The notes beneath the pieces are model-generated. The model searched no databases. It worked only from the letters and a program-made list of their open reading frames with translations, and had not been told where the DNA came from. From the NCBI GenBank assembly GCA_963719945.1, contig CAVRDX010000001.1:520578-584577 (forward strand): a stretch of DNA of 64,000 nt, written 5' to 3'. Position 1 is the stretch's first letter. Every line of letters begins with the position of its first letter. The DNA is from an uncultured Thermoplasmata archaeon (GTDB taxonomy: Archaea > Thermoplasmatota > Thermoplasmata > UBA10834). Of this stretch, positions 46,862 to 55,194 are shown piece after piece. The translations under genes and the position numbers were made by a program.

Positions 46862-47038
46862 ACTTAAACATCTTAAGAGAGTATATCGCACAATTTCTCT
46901 CGCTGGCCATCTTCTTGAAGATGCAATATGAGTAATCCCATGACAATGAGTATGTCATCTCCTCGTGGAAATCATCTATCCGCATGAGTGGCAGCGAAAA
47001 CCACAATATTTATCATATATTCAAGGCTACTAGAATCA

Positions 47039-47986
47039 ATGACCCTCTCGTACCGACATCCCGTAGAACAGGATATCGACCTGATAACTTCAATCACGAA
47101 CATGTCGAGGCGGGAGACTGCGTATCATCACGACCTGACACCAGCCGAACGCAATTCTGAGACCTTTGATGACCCTGACTACAATCCGGAAGGTGCTTGG
47201 CTGGTCTTCGACGGAACGAGATCCATTGCATACGGAATCGGAGTCATCGAAGAGGGGAGAATTCAAGCAGGGCTTGACGATGGATGGGTCGAAATTGATG
47301 TCATCCCTGAGGCTCGGGGATGCGGCGCAGAAGAGGAGTTGATGAGACTAGCGCTCGATTACATCAAATCGCGAGGCGTTGGTCGAGCGATGGCAAGGAT
47401 AGAAGAGACCGAGAGGTGGAAGAAGGAGCTATACCTTCGGTCCGGATTCAAGAGCGTCCGGCACTTCTATCGACTGGCACGACGAGACAAAGGAGACATT
47501 CCACAAAAGGAATTTCCTCCAGCAATCGATGTGACGCACAGAATGCTCAAAGAGATGTCAGATGACGAGATAGCAGCCTTCACAGAGATTCTGAACGATA
47601 CTTTCTCAGAACACTTCAGTTTCGCTCCTGAGCCACCGTGGAGATGGACAAAGTGGAGAGATGTGTGCGATGACCCCTGGATGGTATCTATGGCGAAGAA
47701 GTCCTCGAAAACTGTCGCGCTATGTGTCGCTGAGGTCCCACTGAGATATAATGCAGATCACAGAATTCAATCTGGATGGATAGACCTACTTGGCGTGACA
47801 AAGGTTATGCGAGGACAAGGACTCGGAACCGCCATGCTTGTGGATGGGATGAAATGGCTCGAAAGCACAGGGCACGATACAATCTTCATTGGGGTCGATG
47901 CTGAGAACGATAAAGCTCTCGGCCTGTACGTATCTCTAGGTTTCAATGTCGAGAACGAGAACCAGGTATACGAGCTGGTCTTCTAG
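47039..47986 (+). CDS. Double-GNAT acetyltransferase (MshD-like two-domain architecture)
   Basis: Two GNAT cores. The C-terminal core has motif A 'VMRGQGLGTAML' and 'ENDKALGLYVSLGF'. Colinear paralog of 49367-50335. Confidence 0.75.
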   Translation: MTLSYRHPVEQDIDLITSITNMSRRETAYHHDLTPAERNSETFDDPDYNPEGAWLVFDGTRSIAYGIGVIEEGRIQAGLDDGWVEIDVIPEARGCGAEEELMRLALDYIKSRGVGRAMARIEETERWKKELYLRSGFKSVRHFYRLARRDKGDIPQKEFPPAIDVTHRMLKEMSDDEIAAFTEILNDTFSEHFSFAPEPPWRWTKWRDVCDDPWMVSMAKKSSKTVALCVAEVPLRYNADHRIQSGWIDLLGVTKVMRGQGLGTAMLVDGMKWLESTGHDTIFIGVDAENDKALGLYVSLGFNVENENQVYELVF

Positions 47987-48157
47987 GCATAGAATAATGC
48001 ATCCCTTGATGATTCTGCGACACTCAGCTTATGCGAAGCTGGGGATTGCCATCCACAATAAGGCAGAAGAAGATCAATTCCCGTTGATTGGATTCTACTC
48101 TAGAAATGAATTCCCCATTGGCAACATCGACCCGTGCTGCCATTGATAGGAATGAGA

Positions 48158-49366
48158 TTAGTACATCTTCGAGTAGAACGCCAGCATCATCAGTGCGGTC
48201 ACCGTGATCCATTGGTCATCGATCATGTGAGGCCGCATCGACCTGTACCAAAACCCATCATTTCGCCTCATTCCAATCAGCCATCGGATAGCCTTCTCCA
48301 TCCTAGGATCATCAGGGCCGAATCCCATATACTCAAGGCAGTCTATCGCAGTCAATCCGCACCCATAGTAAACTGGAAATTTCAGCATAGTCCAGTTCTT
48401 CTCGGAATAGTAGAAATTGGTGTGATAGTTGCGCTTGAAGAAACTATTCAGCAGGAAATCGCCACCCGATTTGAATTTTTTGTTTTGACGGAGCGAATCA
48501 TCCCAATTGAGCCCTCTTAGAGCTCCCAAGGTACTCCAGATGCAGCTGGGTATAGCTCTAGACTCCTCTGCTGTGCACGCGGCTACCTCACCGCTCTTTA
48601 CCTTCGCTATGAAATCAGCGATAGGCAAGTGCTTGTACTCATCACGATACCTTGCGTCCTGAAGAAACGGGATGTTCCATCCACCGTCATGCCTTTGGTT
48701 CTTTATGATCCACTGGACAAGCTTTCCGACTCGTGGGTCGCGTTCCTTCTTAAATCGGTACAGCACGCACATGGCGAGGCCATTCCGTGCTGGACGGGGG
48801 AGCAAGTCCTGCTCAGGGCCCTGTATATACCCATCCTCATGCTGCCATTCGAGTATCCGCTCTAGGGCGTTGTCAGTATAACCCGTCCCTGGTGGCGTGA
48901 AGTATTCGAACAGAAGATACAGGTTTCGCATTACCATCGTCGAGGTCCAGCCAACCGGAGGCCCAGGTCCTGCGCCCTCATCAATCATCCGCTGTTTCGA
49001 TATCGGCCAGGTACCATCCTCCCGGAGAGTATTCAGCAGTTTGACTCGCGGAGGATAGTGTTCGCATTCAGCAAGCGCTTTCTGATAAGCGGAATCCTCT
49101 CGACCCTTATACAAGACACCGTCCAAAAGCCAACATCGTACCGGAGGTATGGATACCTGATACAACTTTCGAGACGATTCCTCGATTATCCTATCAATCT
49201 CGTTCTTTAGCCCCACCACAACCATCAAATGTGACTGCATATGAATCAATCTTGCGGTCAATATTCGAGTGGCCATCGAATTCAAGGAGATCTCTTGGGA
49301 CAAAGAGACATAGGCTAGAAGAAGAAGACTGCTTGCCATCGCAATTGAGCCAGGCAACGACCGCAC
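48158..49366 (-). CDS. Alpha/alpha-toroid repeat protein (prenyltransferase / terpene-cyclase-like QW-type repeats), hypothetical
   Basis: Recurring 'REDGTWP', 'QHEDGYI', 'NQRHDGGWN' and 'RRNDGFW' motifs spaced ~50-100 aa apart. The GTG start directly abuts the TAA stop of the upstream GNAT gene. Confidence 0.6.
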   Translation of the reverse strand: MRSLPGSIAMASSLLLLAYVSLSQEISLNSMATRILTARLIHMQSHLMVVVGLKNEIDRIIEESSRKLYQVSIPPVRCWLLDGVLYKGREDSAYQKALAECEHYPPRVKLLNTLREDGTWPISKQRMIDEGAGPGPPVGWTSTMVMRNLYLLFEYFTPPGTGYTDNALERILEWQHEDGYIQGPEQDLLPRPARNGLAMCVLYRFKKERDPRVGKLVQWIIKNQRHDGGWNIPFLQDARYRDEYKHLPIADFIAKVKSGEVAACTAEESRAIPSCIWSTLGALRGLNWDDSLRQNKKFKSGGDFLLNSFFKRNYHTNFYYSEKNWTMLKFPVYYGCGLTAIDCLEYMGFGPDDPRMEKAIRWLIGMRRNDGFWYRSMRPHMIDDQWITVTALMMLAFYSKMY

Positions 49367-50335
49367 TTAGCGCCTGAGACTCTTCCCGTATGCCATATTG
49401 CGATACTGGACCTCGAATCCCAGCGATTGGTATAGACCAAAGGCTGTCGGGTTTTCGGTATCGACACCGATGTAGACGTTCTCAATGCCCCGAGTCATAA
49501 GCCAATGAACACCATCGGCTATCAATGCTCGTCCTATTCCTCGTCGCCTATGAACTTCGCGAACGCCACCGAGCAGTATCCAACCCTCCTTATTTGCTCT
49601 TTCCCTGTTCAGGACCTTGCTGTCTTCCGTGAGAAATGCACCGACACAATTTCCGTCAACAGAGGCATATGTTACTCGGAAAGTGTCCTGCGAAGTATCC
49701 CGGATATTCATCAGCCTGCTTGGTGGATATGGCTCATAGTTGAATTGTCCTTTGAAAGTCTCTGTCACAATATCGGCAAAGAGCTCAATTTCGTCGTCAG
49801 AGCAATCAGTAAGCAGTCGTCCATCAAGCGTGCATCCTGTAGGTGGAGATATCCTCGCGAGATTCTCTACATTTTTGGCGAGCATCGAATTGAATACACG
49901 CACCATTTGATATCCAGAACCTTGAAGCAAGTTGATCCTCCAATCATCATCCTCAGTCGAAGATGCCCTAGCGAACATGATGCCCTTGTCGACCATGTAG
50001 CTCTCAGCCCGCCGCACTAGTTCCTCTTCCACACCTTTTCCGCGATATTCTGGAGAAACCTCTATCTTCGCATATCCTTCCTTCTTCCCTAATGCGAGCT
50101 TGCCATGGGCTATGAATGCCTCACCATATGCAATCGCTTTGCCACCTGAGAGCGCTAGCCATGCTCCAGAGGGATCAAAATCCTCATCATCCATTGTCTC
50201 TGCTGCAACTTCATCTGCAGTCATCTCCCTCTGGAAAGGGATCCCTCTTCGAGACTGGTTCAGGACCCTAGTGATCTTCCGAAGATCTGCCCTGCGGACA
50301 TTCCTATATTCGACCATCGATTCGTCCCAACCCAC
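49367..50335 (-). CDS. Double-GNAT acetyltransferase (paralog of 47039-47986)
   Basis: 'EVSPEYRGKGVEEEL' and 'VHRRRGIGRALI...ENPTAFGLYQSLGF'. The start may be the ATG at 50317 ('MVEYRNV'). Confidence 0.75.
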   Translation of the reverse strand: MGWDESMVEYRNVRRADLRKITRVLNQSRRGIPFQREMTADEVAAETMDDEDFDPSGAWLALSGGKAIAYGEAFIAHGKLALGKKEGYAKIEVSPEYRGKGVEEELVRRAESYMVDKGIMFARASSTEDDDWRINLLQGSGYQMVRVFNSMLAKNVENLARISPPTGCTLDGRLLTDCSDDEIELFADIVTETFKGQFNYEPYPPSRLMNIRDTSQDTFRVTYASVDGNCVGAFLTEDSKVLNRERANKEGWILLGGVREVHRRRGIGRALIADGVHWLMTRGIENVYIGVDTENPTAFGLYQSLGFEVQYRNMAYGKSLRR

Positions 50336-50515
50336 GAATCCGTGCCTTTGATTGAAGCGTAGTCTGAATCATAAGTCTGTCGACAATGTCGCAAATAGGG
50401 AATGCTGCGACATAATCAGCTACTGACACCATGATTAATCATGTCTCCTGCAAAAGAGAATGACGATTTCCCAGATTACATCTGGGAATATCGCACTGAC
50501 AGCTCCTATTATAAC

Positions 50516-51682
50516 CTAGTTGTATTCATCCAGGAACGACCACCAGCCAGTGTCTCTCGCGAATGCAACCTCTGTGTAGGCATCTGCATAGTAATTCCAA
50601 TCTCCGCCCCAACCCCACCATAGAGTCAGGCCGCGGCTGTCTTCCGCATATTTTCCACCCCATACATCTAGTATGGAACCATCGATCGCGGATACCATTT
50701 CCGATGTCGCGCTTCTGAAGTCAGTGTCCGTCACCAAGGAATCCGCCAGCAAAATATCCCCTAGATCCGCCATATCGACATGATAGTGCGTCGCCCATGC
50801 ACAATATGCATCGTTCAATGCCTGTTTGTAATTGGTCGCATACACGGGCAGATAGGAGCGCATCGCGTCCACCCACTCACAGAACACCGATGAGGATTCT
50901 GAAATCGCTGTGATATTCACAGCAGATAACCCCACGGTTGTAGCCCATGTCTGTGGTGCATAGAATGCTTCGAATCCTTCGACCATATCGACTGCCATCT
51001 GTGCGGGTGTTCTAGTCGCATCCAGCGCTGTGGGCATCAACATAAGGTCATAGGGGAATCCGGTCGTCGGGACGGATTCCTCCGAGCCAACCATTATCCC
51101 AACAAGCCCAGTCAGAGACAACTGATAGGCGACCTCAACGGCAGCCATGTTGCAGGCATCGAATGAAAGCACATCGATATAGACACCTGCGTTCTCGATT
51201 GCCATCTGAAGCTCTGGCATCGATATCCTGCTGCCAGATGTTGTGTCATCGCTTATGTATCTCCAGGCATAACCATGATCCCATGCTGTAACTGCAAGCT
51301 TATCGGAAGGATATCGGGATGAGACCTCTTCGAGGAACCATTCGAAAGTCGCGCCATCACCGAAATCCATCTCAGGGTAGCTAGCGACCACATTCCAGGT
51401 ACTCCCAGATATCTCGATGACCTCCGTCCCCTCAGTGCTCAACCGGTCCATTATAGCAACGATATGGAACATATCATTGGCTGGTAGGTTGAGAAGAGAT
51501 GGAAGGCTACTGTCGTCCCAGAATCGCTCCAGGCTGTTGTCTCCGCTCACGTACACGGCGTAGGTCCACGATTCTGTCTCAGCCCACTTCAGCCCCGTAT
51601 GGTTCGCCAGGGACACCCCGGGCACAATCATAATTCCAATCGTAGCTAGACAAACACACCAGACCACCCAACGTCTCTGCAT
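50516..51682 (-). CDS. Clostripain-like cysteine peptidase (family C11), secreted or membrane-anchored
   Basis: N-terminal signal/anchor 'MQRRWVVWCVCLATIGIMIVPGVSLA'. Catalytic dyad contexts 'VTAWDHGYAW' (His-Gly) and 'LSFDACNMA' (Ala-Cys). Confidence 0.75.
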   Translation of the reverse strand: MQRRWVVWCVCLATIGIMIVPGVSLANHTGLKWAETESWTYAVYVSGDNSLERFWDDSSLPSLLNLPANDMFHIVAIMDRLSTEGTEVIEISGSTWNVVASYPEMDFGDGATFEWFLEEVSSRYPSDKLAVTAWDHGYAWRYISDDTTSGSRISMPELQMAIENAGVYIDVLSFDACNMAAVEVAYQLSLTGLVGIMVGSEESVPTTGFPYDLMLMPTALDATRTPAQMAVDMVEGFEAFYAPQTWATTVGLSAVNITAISESSSVFCEWVDAMRSYLPVYATNYKQALNDAYCAWATHYHVDMADLGDILLADSLVTDTDFRSATSEMVSAIDGSILDVWGGKYAEDSRGLTLWWGWGGDWNYYADAYTEVAFARDTGWWSFLDEYN

Positions 51683-51898
51683 GCTATTCTTCCCCCGTCG
51701 AAGCCCGATCGTGGAATGCACGCCGGGCAATAACACCATGATAATGGTTCTCATTGTATTAGAATACCAATGGCATTCAGCGATTGAGGATGCATACTGA
51801 CTTATCTGTCCATCCCCTTGATCAAACCTCTGTGAAATCATCGATCAATCACACGGCAATCATTCGACCCTCAAGATGAATAACTTTAATCAAGTGAT

Positions 51899-53245
51899 CT
51901 AGCTGACTCTTACCCGCCCGCGGCTCAACGATGCCAACGTCCCTATGAAACAAAGGATCGAGAATGTGATGAAAGCAGGCTGGAAAGCATTCAAGAATTG
52001 TGGAGCGAGGTCCGATGCCAATTCTTGGCTGCCCAGGTAGATGGATATGAATATCGTGGCGATGCCCAGGCTAAGAACCTGACCGACCAGTCTCATAGTG
52101 CCCACAGAAGCTGAAGCGGTCCCGAACTGTCTCCGATCTACAGAACTCATTATCGCATTCGTGTTCGGAGACGAGAACAGAGCGAATCCAAACCCCAAGA
52201 AACCCAGCACGACGACCATCATCCATACGGGGGTACCACTATCGAATAATGAAATCAATGCAAGACCGATAGCTGTGATGAACATGCCCGTGGATGCGAT
52301 TACGCGCGGTTCGATCACATCAGATAGTCGTCCTGCCAAAGGTGAGAATAGAGCCATCACGACCATCTGAGACACCAGTATCATCCCAGTCTGCTCGGGG
52401 CTGTAACCTCTCACATACTGCAGATAGAGACTGACGAGAAAGCTAACTCCGAACGTGGCGGAATAATTTATCAAAGCTGCAAGATTGGAGAATGCGAACA
52501 CTCTGTTCCGACTGAAAAGTCGCATATCGAATACAGGACTTGCATGGCGCATTTCCCATGCGATGAATACCATCAAGATGATTGAACCCGCGATTGTCAG
52601 AGCAAGTCCCAGAGGTTCCCTCAAGAAGGTGAACCCGATGATGACTGCTGTAATGGCAATCACATAGAATAGAGAGCCCACATGGTCGAACTCCTCCCCG
52701 CGAGCCTCGTACCAGTCCCCGATTAGTTTCTTTGAGCCAATCCAAATCACCGCTGCTATTCCTGGAATTATCACCAAAAATATGCTTCTCCATCCTAGAT
52801 AGCTGGTCAGAAAACCTCCCAGGACGGGCCCCAGTGCACCTCCAATGTAGACCACTGACACAGTCATGCCCAGAGCCTTTCCTCTCTCCTGTGCGGGGTA
52901 GACGGAGGTCAGCAAGGCTATCGACGTCCCGAAGATCATGGCGGCACCGATACCTTGGAACCATCTGAACGCTATGAGCATGACTGAAGATGGAGCAAAT
53001 GCACAAAGGGTGGAAGCGAGAGCGAACACCCACATACCCGCGATGAATATCTTCTTCCGACCACGGATATCAGCCAGTCTACCCAAGGGGACTAGGAACG
53101 TAGCGGCTGCAAGCAAATAGGAAGTTGCGACCCAACTAAGCATCACTGCACTCATGCTGAATTCATCACCGATGGTCGGCAAGGCCACATTTATCGATGA
53201 CCCCATGAATGGCGTAAGAAACGAGCTGAGCATCGCCATTGCCAA
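51899..53245 (-). CDS. MFS transporter (DHA2/EmrB-like, ~14 TM)
   Basis: 'FMGSSINVALPTIGDEF', 'GRLADIRGRKKIF' and many TM segments. TTG start; no ATG or GTG is available further upstream in frame. Confidence 0.85.
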   Translation of the reverse strand: MAMAMLSSFLTPFMGSSINVALPTIGDEFSMSAVMLSWVATSYLLAAATFLVPLGRLADIRGRKKIFIAGMWVFALASTLCAFAPSSVMLIAFRWFQGIGAAMIFGTSIALLTSVYPAQERGKALGMTVSVVYIGGALGPVLGGFLTSYLGWRSIFLVIIPGIAAVIWIGSKKLIGDWYEARGEEFDHVGSLFYVIAITAVIIGFTFLREPLGLALTIAGSIILMVFIAWEMRHASPVFDMRLFSRNRVFAFSNLAALINYSATFGVSFLVSLYLQYVRGYSPEQTGMILVSQMVVMALFSPLAGRLSDVIEPRVIASTGMFITAIGLALISLFDSGTPVWMMVVVLGFLGFGFALFSSPNTNAIMSSVDRRQFGTASASVGTMRLVGQVLSLGIATIFISIYLGSQELASDLAPQFLNAFQPAFITFSILCFIGTLASLSRGRVRVS

Positions 53246-53409
53246 TGCATAGCGCTTGACATCACCTTGATTCAGGATGTGCTTCCCCCGACATCATATG
53301 GCCAAGCGCGTTGATACGCTATGACCTTTTCCGGCAGAGATTTGAATCTAGCATATAAATGGCATTTTGTCAGAATAATGAAATAAGCATTCAAGAGTGC
53401 AATTGACGA

Positions 53410-53438
53410 CCTGCCGGGGAAATGCCTTCACCGGCAGG
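53410..53438. other. Perfect 8-bp inverted repeat (hairpin)
   Basis: CCTGCCGG-13 nt-CCGGCAGG in the 324-nt spacer between the Cys-ladder gene and the MFS gene. Function unknown (possible terminator or attenuator). Confidence 0.3.
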
Positions 53439-53569
53439 CGTCTAATGGGTTTTCAGGGACCATTGTGGTATGTGTTGCTTTCAAGCACATTGGATATCGT
53501 CACACGCGTGCCCAACTGCGATATCGTCCTGGAACTTCAGCTTGAAATCACATCTCTGCGGTTTCCAAA

Positions 53570-53923
53570 TCACTGGTTGATGCAGTCCTCATCGCAGACT
53601 TCATCACAGACTTCATCGCAGACCTGGTCACAGTCTTCAATGCAGTCTTCATCGCAGACCTGGTCACAGTCTTCAATGCAGTCAGGGATACCGTCACCGA
53701 TTGGCACGCAGTCTTCCGGATCCTCAATACAAGATCCGTCCTTCAGCTGGTCTTTCTCCATTATCTTATCCGCGTCACCTGCGCTTACAGCAGTGACAGC
53801 GGCGAATCCACTGACCAGAAGAGCTGCACCAAGGGCCATGACTAGCCATGCCTTTCCCTTGACCTTCTTCTGCCCCTTTTCAGCGACGCTCTTCGCAAGG
53901 TCGCTCTCGAACTCCGTCCTCAT
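53570..53923 (-). CDS. Membrane-anchored acidic Cys-ladder protein, (C-x3)n repeat, hypothetical
   Basis: ATG 53923 preceded by GGAGAGGTGA. K-rich N-terminus, one TM ('AWLVMALGAALLVSGFAAVTAV'), then 'PDCIEDCDQVCDEDCIEDCDQVCDEVCDEVCDEDCINQ'. Confidence 0.6.
   Translation of the reverse strand: MRTEFESDLAKSVAEKGQKKVKGKAWLVMALGAALLVSGFAAVTAVSAGDADKIMEKDQLKDGSCIEDPEDCVPIGDGIPDCIEDCDQVCDEDCIEDCDQVCDEVCDEVCDEDCINQ
53581..53690 (-). repeat. Tandem 12-nt periodic / ~36-nt direct repeats encoding the DxxC ladder
   Basis: 'cttcatcgcagacctggtcacagtcttcaatgcagtc' occurs twice back to back (53611-53683), flanked by 12-nt variants 'atcgcagacttc' and 'atcacagacttc'. Confidence 0.8.
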
Positions 53924-54133
53924 TGTTTCACCTCTCCTTGGGGAGCCGATGACCGATGGAAACAACCGATTGCTGTCTCCTGGCCATCGAACTCATCTTT
54001 GGCTCTATCACGACCAACCGGAATGACTATCTAAGTCATTTGTGGGACAAGAATCAAAGGTTAGCACAAATCTCAAAGTTACTTCGGGAGGGATCTGACA
54101 TCATCTGGACGAAGGAGCCCTTGTATGCTCCTC

Positions 54134-54380
54134 TCAAGTGCGGTTCGCATCAATCACATTCTGGATCTCCCTATGCCGCCATATGCTCTCAAGATCATTC
54201 ATGAATCCAAGGGAACGATAAATCTCGAGAGTTCTACTATTCTCCGCGTAGACAGATATGTACAATGAGTTCATACCCAAATCGATCACGCTCCTCATGC
54301 CATCCACCTATGGCATCTTGCCAAAACCTTGGCCTCTATATGCAGGCCTGATGGAGGAATTTCAAAGCAACCAGCATCAT
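54134..54380 (-). pseudogene. GNAT acetyltransferase remnant (C-terminal half only; frameshift plus in-frame TAG)
   Basis: The minus-strand frame reads 'IRPAYRGQGFGKMP*VDGMRSVIDLGMNSLYISVYAENSRTLEIYRSLGF...' (motif A and the terminal N-x2-A-x2-Y-x2-GF). TAG at 54308-54310, the frame closes at 54362-54364, and the upstream piece 'MMLVALKFLHQ' is in another frame. Confidence 0.5.
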
Positions 54381-54457
54381 TTAATCCTATGGAGCACTTA
54401 TGATGGAAAACGACTTATTCCAGAATCCAATGCAGGAACCCGAACGTGTGCAAGATC

Positions 54458-54847
54458 ATGGATAGTAACCAACTCTGGCTCGTCCTCCTTGTGGGCATAG
54501 GAGGCGCTTCGGGAAGCATTGCCCGGTACGTATTCTCAGGCTATTTCACCACAGGTGATTTCCCATGGGGGACCTTCTTCGTCAACGCAACAGGTAGCTT
54601 CATGATTGCGTTCTTTTACTTCTGGGGGCTCAACGCAGGGTTCCTGCAGCCGGAGCTCAGGGTTGCGGTATTTGTCGGCGTCTTTGGGGGATATACAACC
54701 ACATCGGCATTCAGCCTGGAAACGGTATCTATGATCTCAGAATCACAGTGGGGATGGGCTTTCGGCAACATTATCCTCAACGGAGGGGTATGCGTAGTTG
54801 CAGCGGTCATCGGAAGGGCTGCCGGGCTTCTAATGGAGGGAGGTTAG
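54458..54847 (+). CDS. crcB: Fluoride ion channel CrcB/Fluc
   Basis: 'LVGIGGASGSIARYV...GTFFVNATGSF...GGYTTTSAFSLE'. ATG 54458 preferred to GTG 54446. Confidence 0.85.
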   Translation: MDSNQLWLVLLVGIGGASGSIARYVFSGYFTTGDFPWGTFFVNATGSFMIAFFYFWGLNAGFLQPELRVAVFVGVFGGYTTTSAFSLETVSMISESQWGWAFGNIILNGGVCVVAAVIGRAAGLLMEGG

Positions 54848-55177
54848 ATGGAGATAGACGAGAAAGCGTTGTGTCTCAAGATATATGTTGGAGAATCCGA
54901 CCATCATGAAGGTATCCCAGCCTACAAAGCGGTCGTCCATCATCTGAGGGAATGCGGGATATGGGGAGCGACGGTCACGAAGGGGATATATGGATTCGGG
55001 AAGCGTAGCAGACTACATGCTGCCAGTCCCTTAAGGCTCAGTGAAGACCTTCCAATCATGATCGAGGTGGTCGATTCTGAGAAGAAGATACTCGAGGTCA
55101 TCCCAAGGATTAGCGAGATGGTCAGAGGCGGTCTGGTCACCGTGCATGATGTCAAAGTGATGAGACACATTGGGTAG
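54848..55177 (+). CDS. DUF190 (PII-like) protein commonly paired with crcB
   Basis: 'LKIYVGESDHHEGIPAYKAVVHHLRECGIWGATVTKGIYGFG'. The ATG abuts the crcB stop. Confidence 0.8.
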   Translation: MEIDEKALCLKIYVGESDHHEGIPAYKAVVHHLRECGIWGATVTKGIYGFGKRSRLHAASPLRLSEDLPIMIEVVDSEKKILEVIPRISEMVRGGLVTVHDVKVMRHIG

Positions 55178-55194
55178 ACCAACAGTTTAACGCA

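Noticed and set aside
46459-46935. 158-aa plus-strand ORF and 60-97-aa minus-strand ORFs between cheD and the GNAT gene
   Set aside because: They overlap the RNase P RNA, whose conserved core explains the region. The translations are Arg/Gly/Pro-rich with no motifs.
46776-47006. 76-aa minus-strand ORF ('MRIDDFHEEMTYSLSWDYSYC...') partly in the spacer after RNase P RNA
   Set aside because: Its last ~85 nt would overlap the 3' part of RNase P RNA. It has no SD or recognisable domain. Coding cannot be excluded, but nothing supports it.
53397-54026. 209-aa plus-strand ORF with a 'SSQTSSQTSSQTWSQSSMQSSSQTWSQSSMQS' repeat
   Set aside because: It is the antisense reading of the DxxC repeat tract. 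The minus-strand gene has an SD, a TM anchor and coherent architecture, while the plus-strand ORF spans a spacer and has none.
54300-54457. Possible fluoride riboswitch (crcB motif) upstream of crcB; 'CTGATGGAGGAAT...AACCAGC...TAATCCTAT' loosely resembles the consensus
   Set aside because: I could not build the P1/P3 helices or the pseudoknot, because the pairing is interrupted and the 'AACCGCC' and 'GAUGAUGCCUAC' elements are mismatched. The region is better explained as the GNAT pseudogene on the other strand. cmsearch with RF01734 would settle it.
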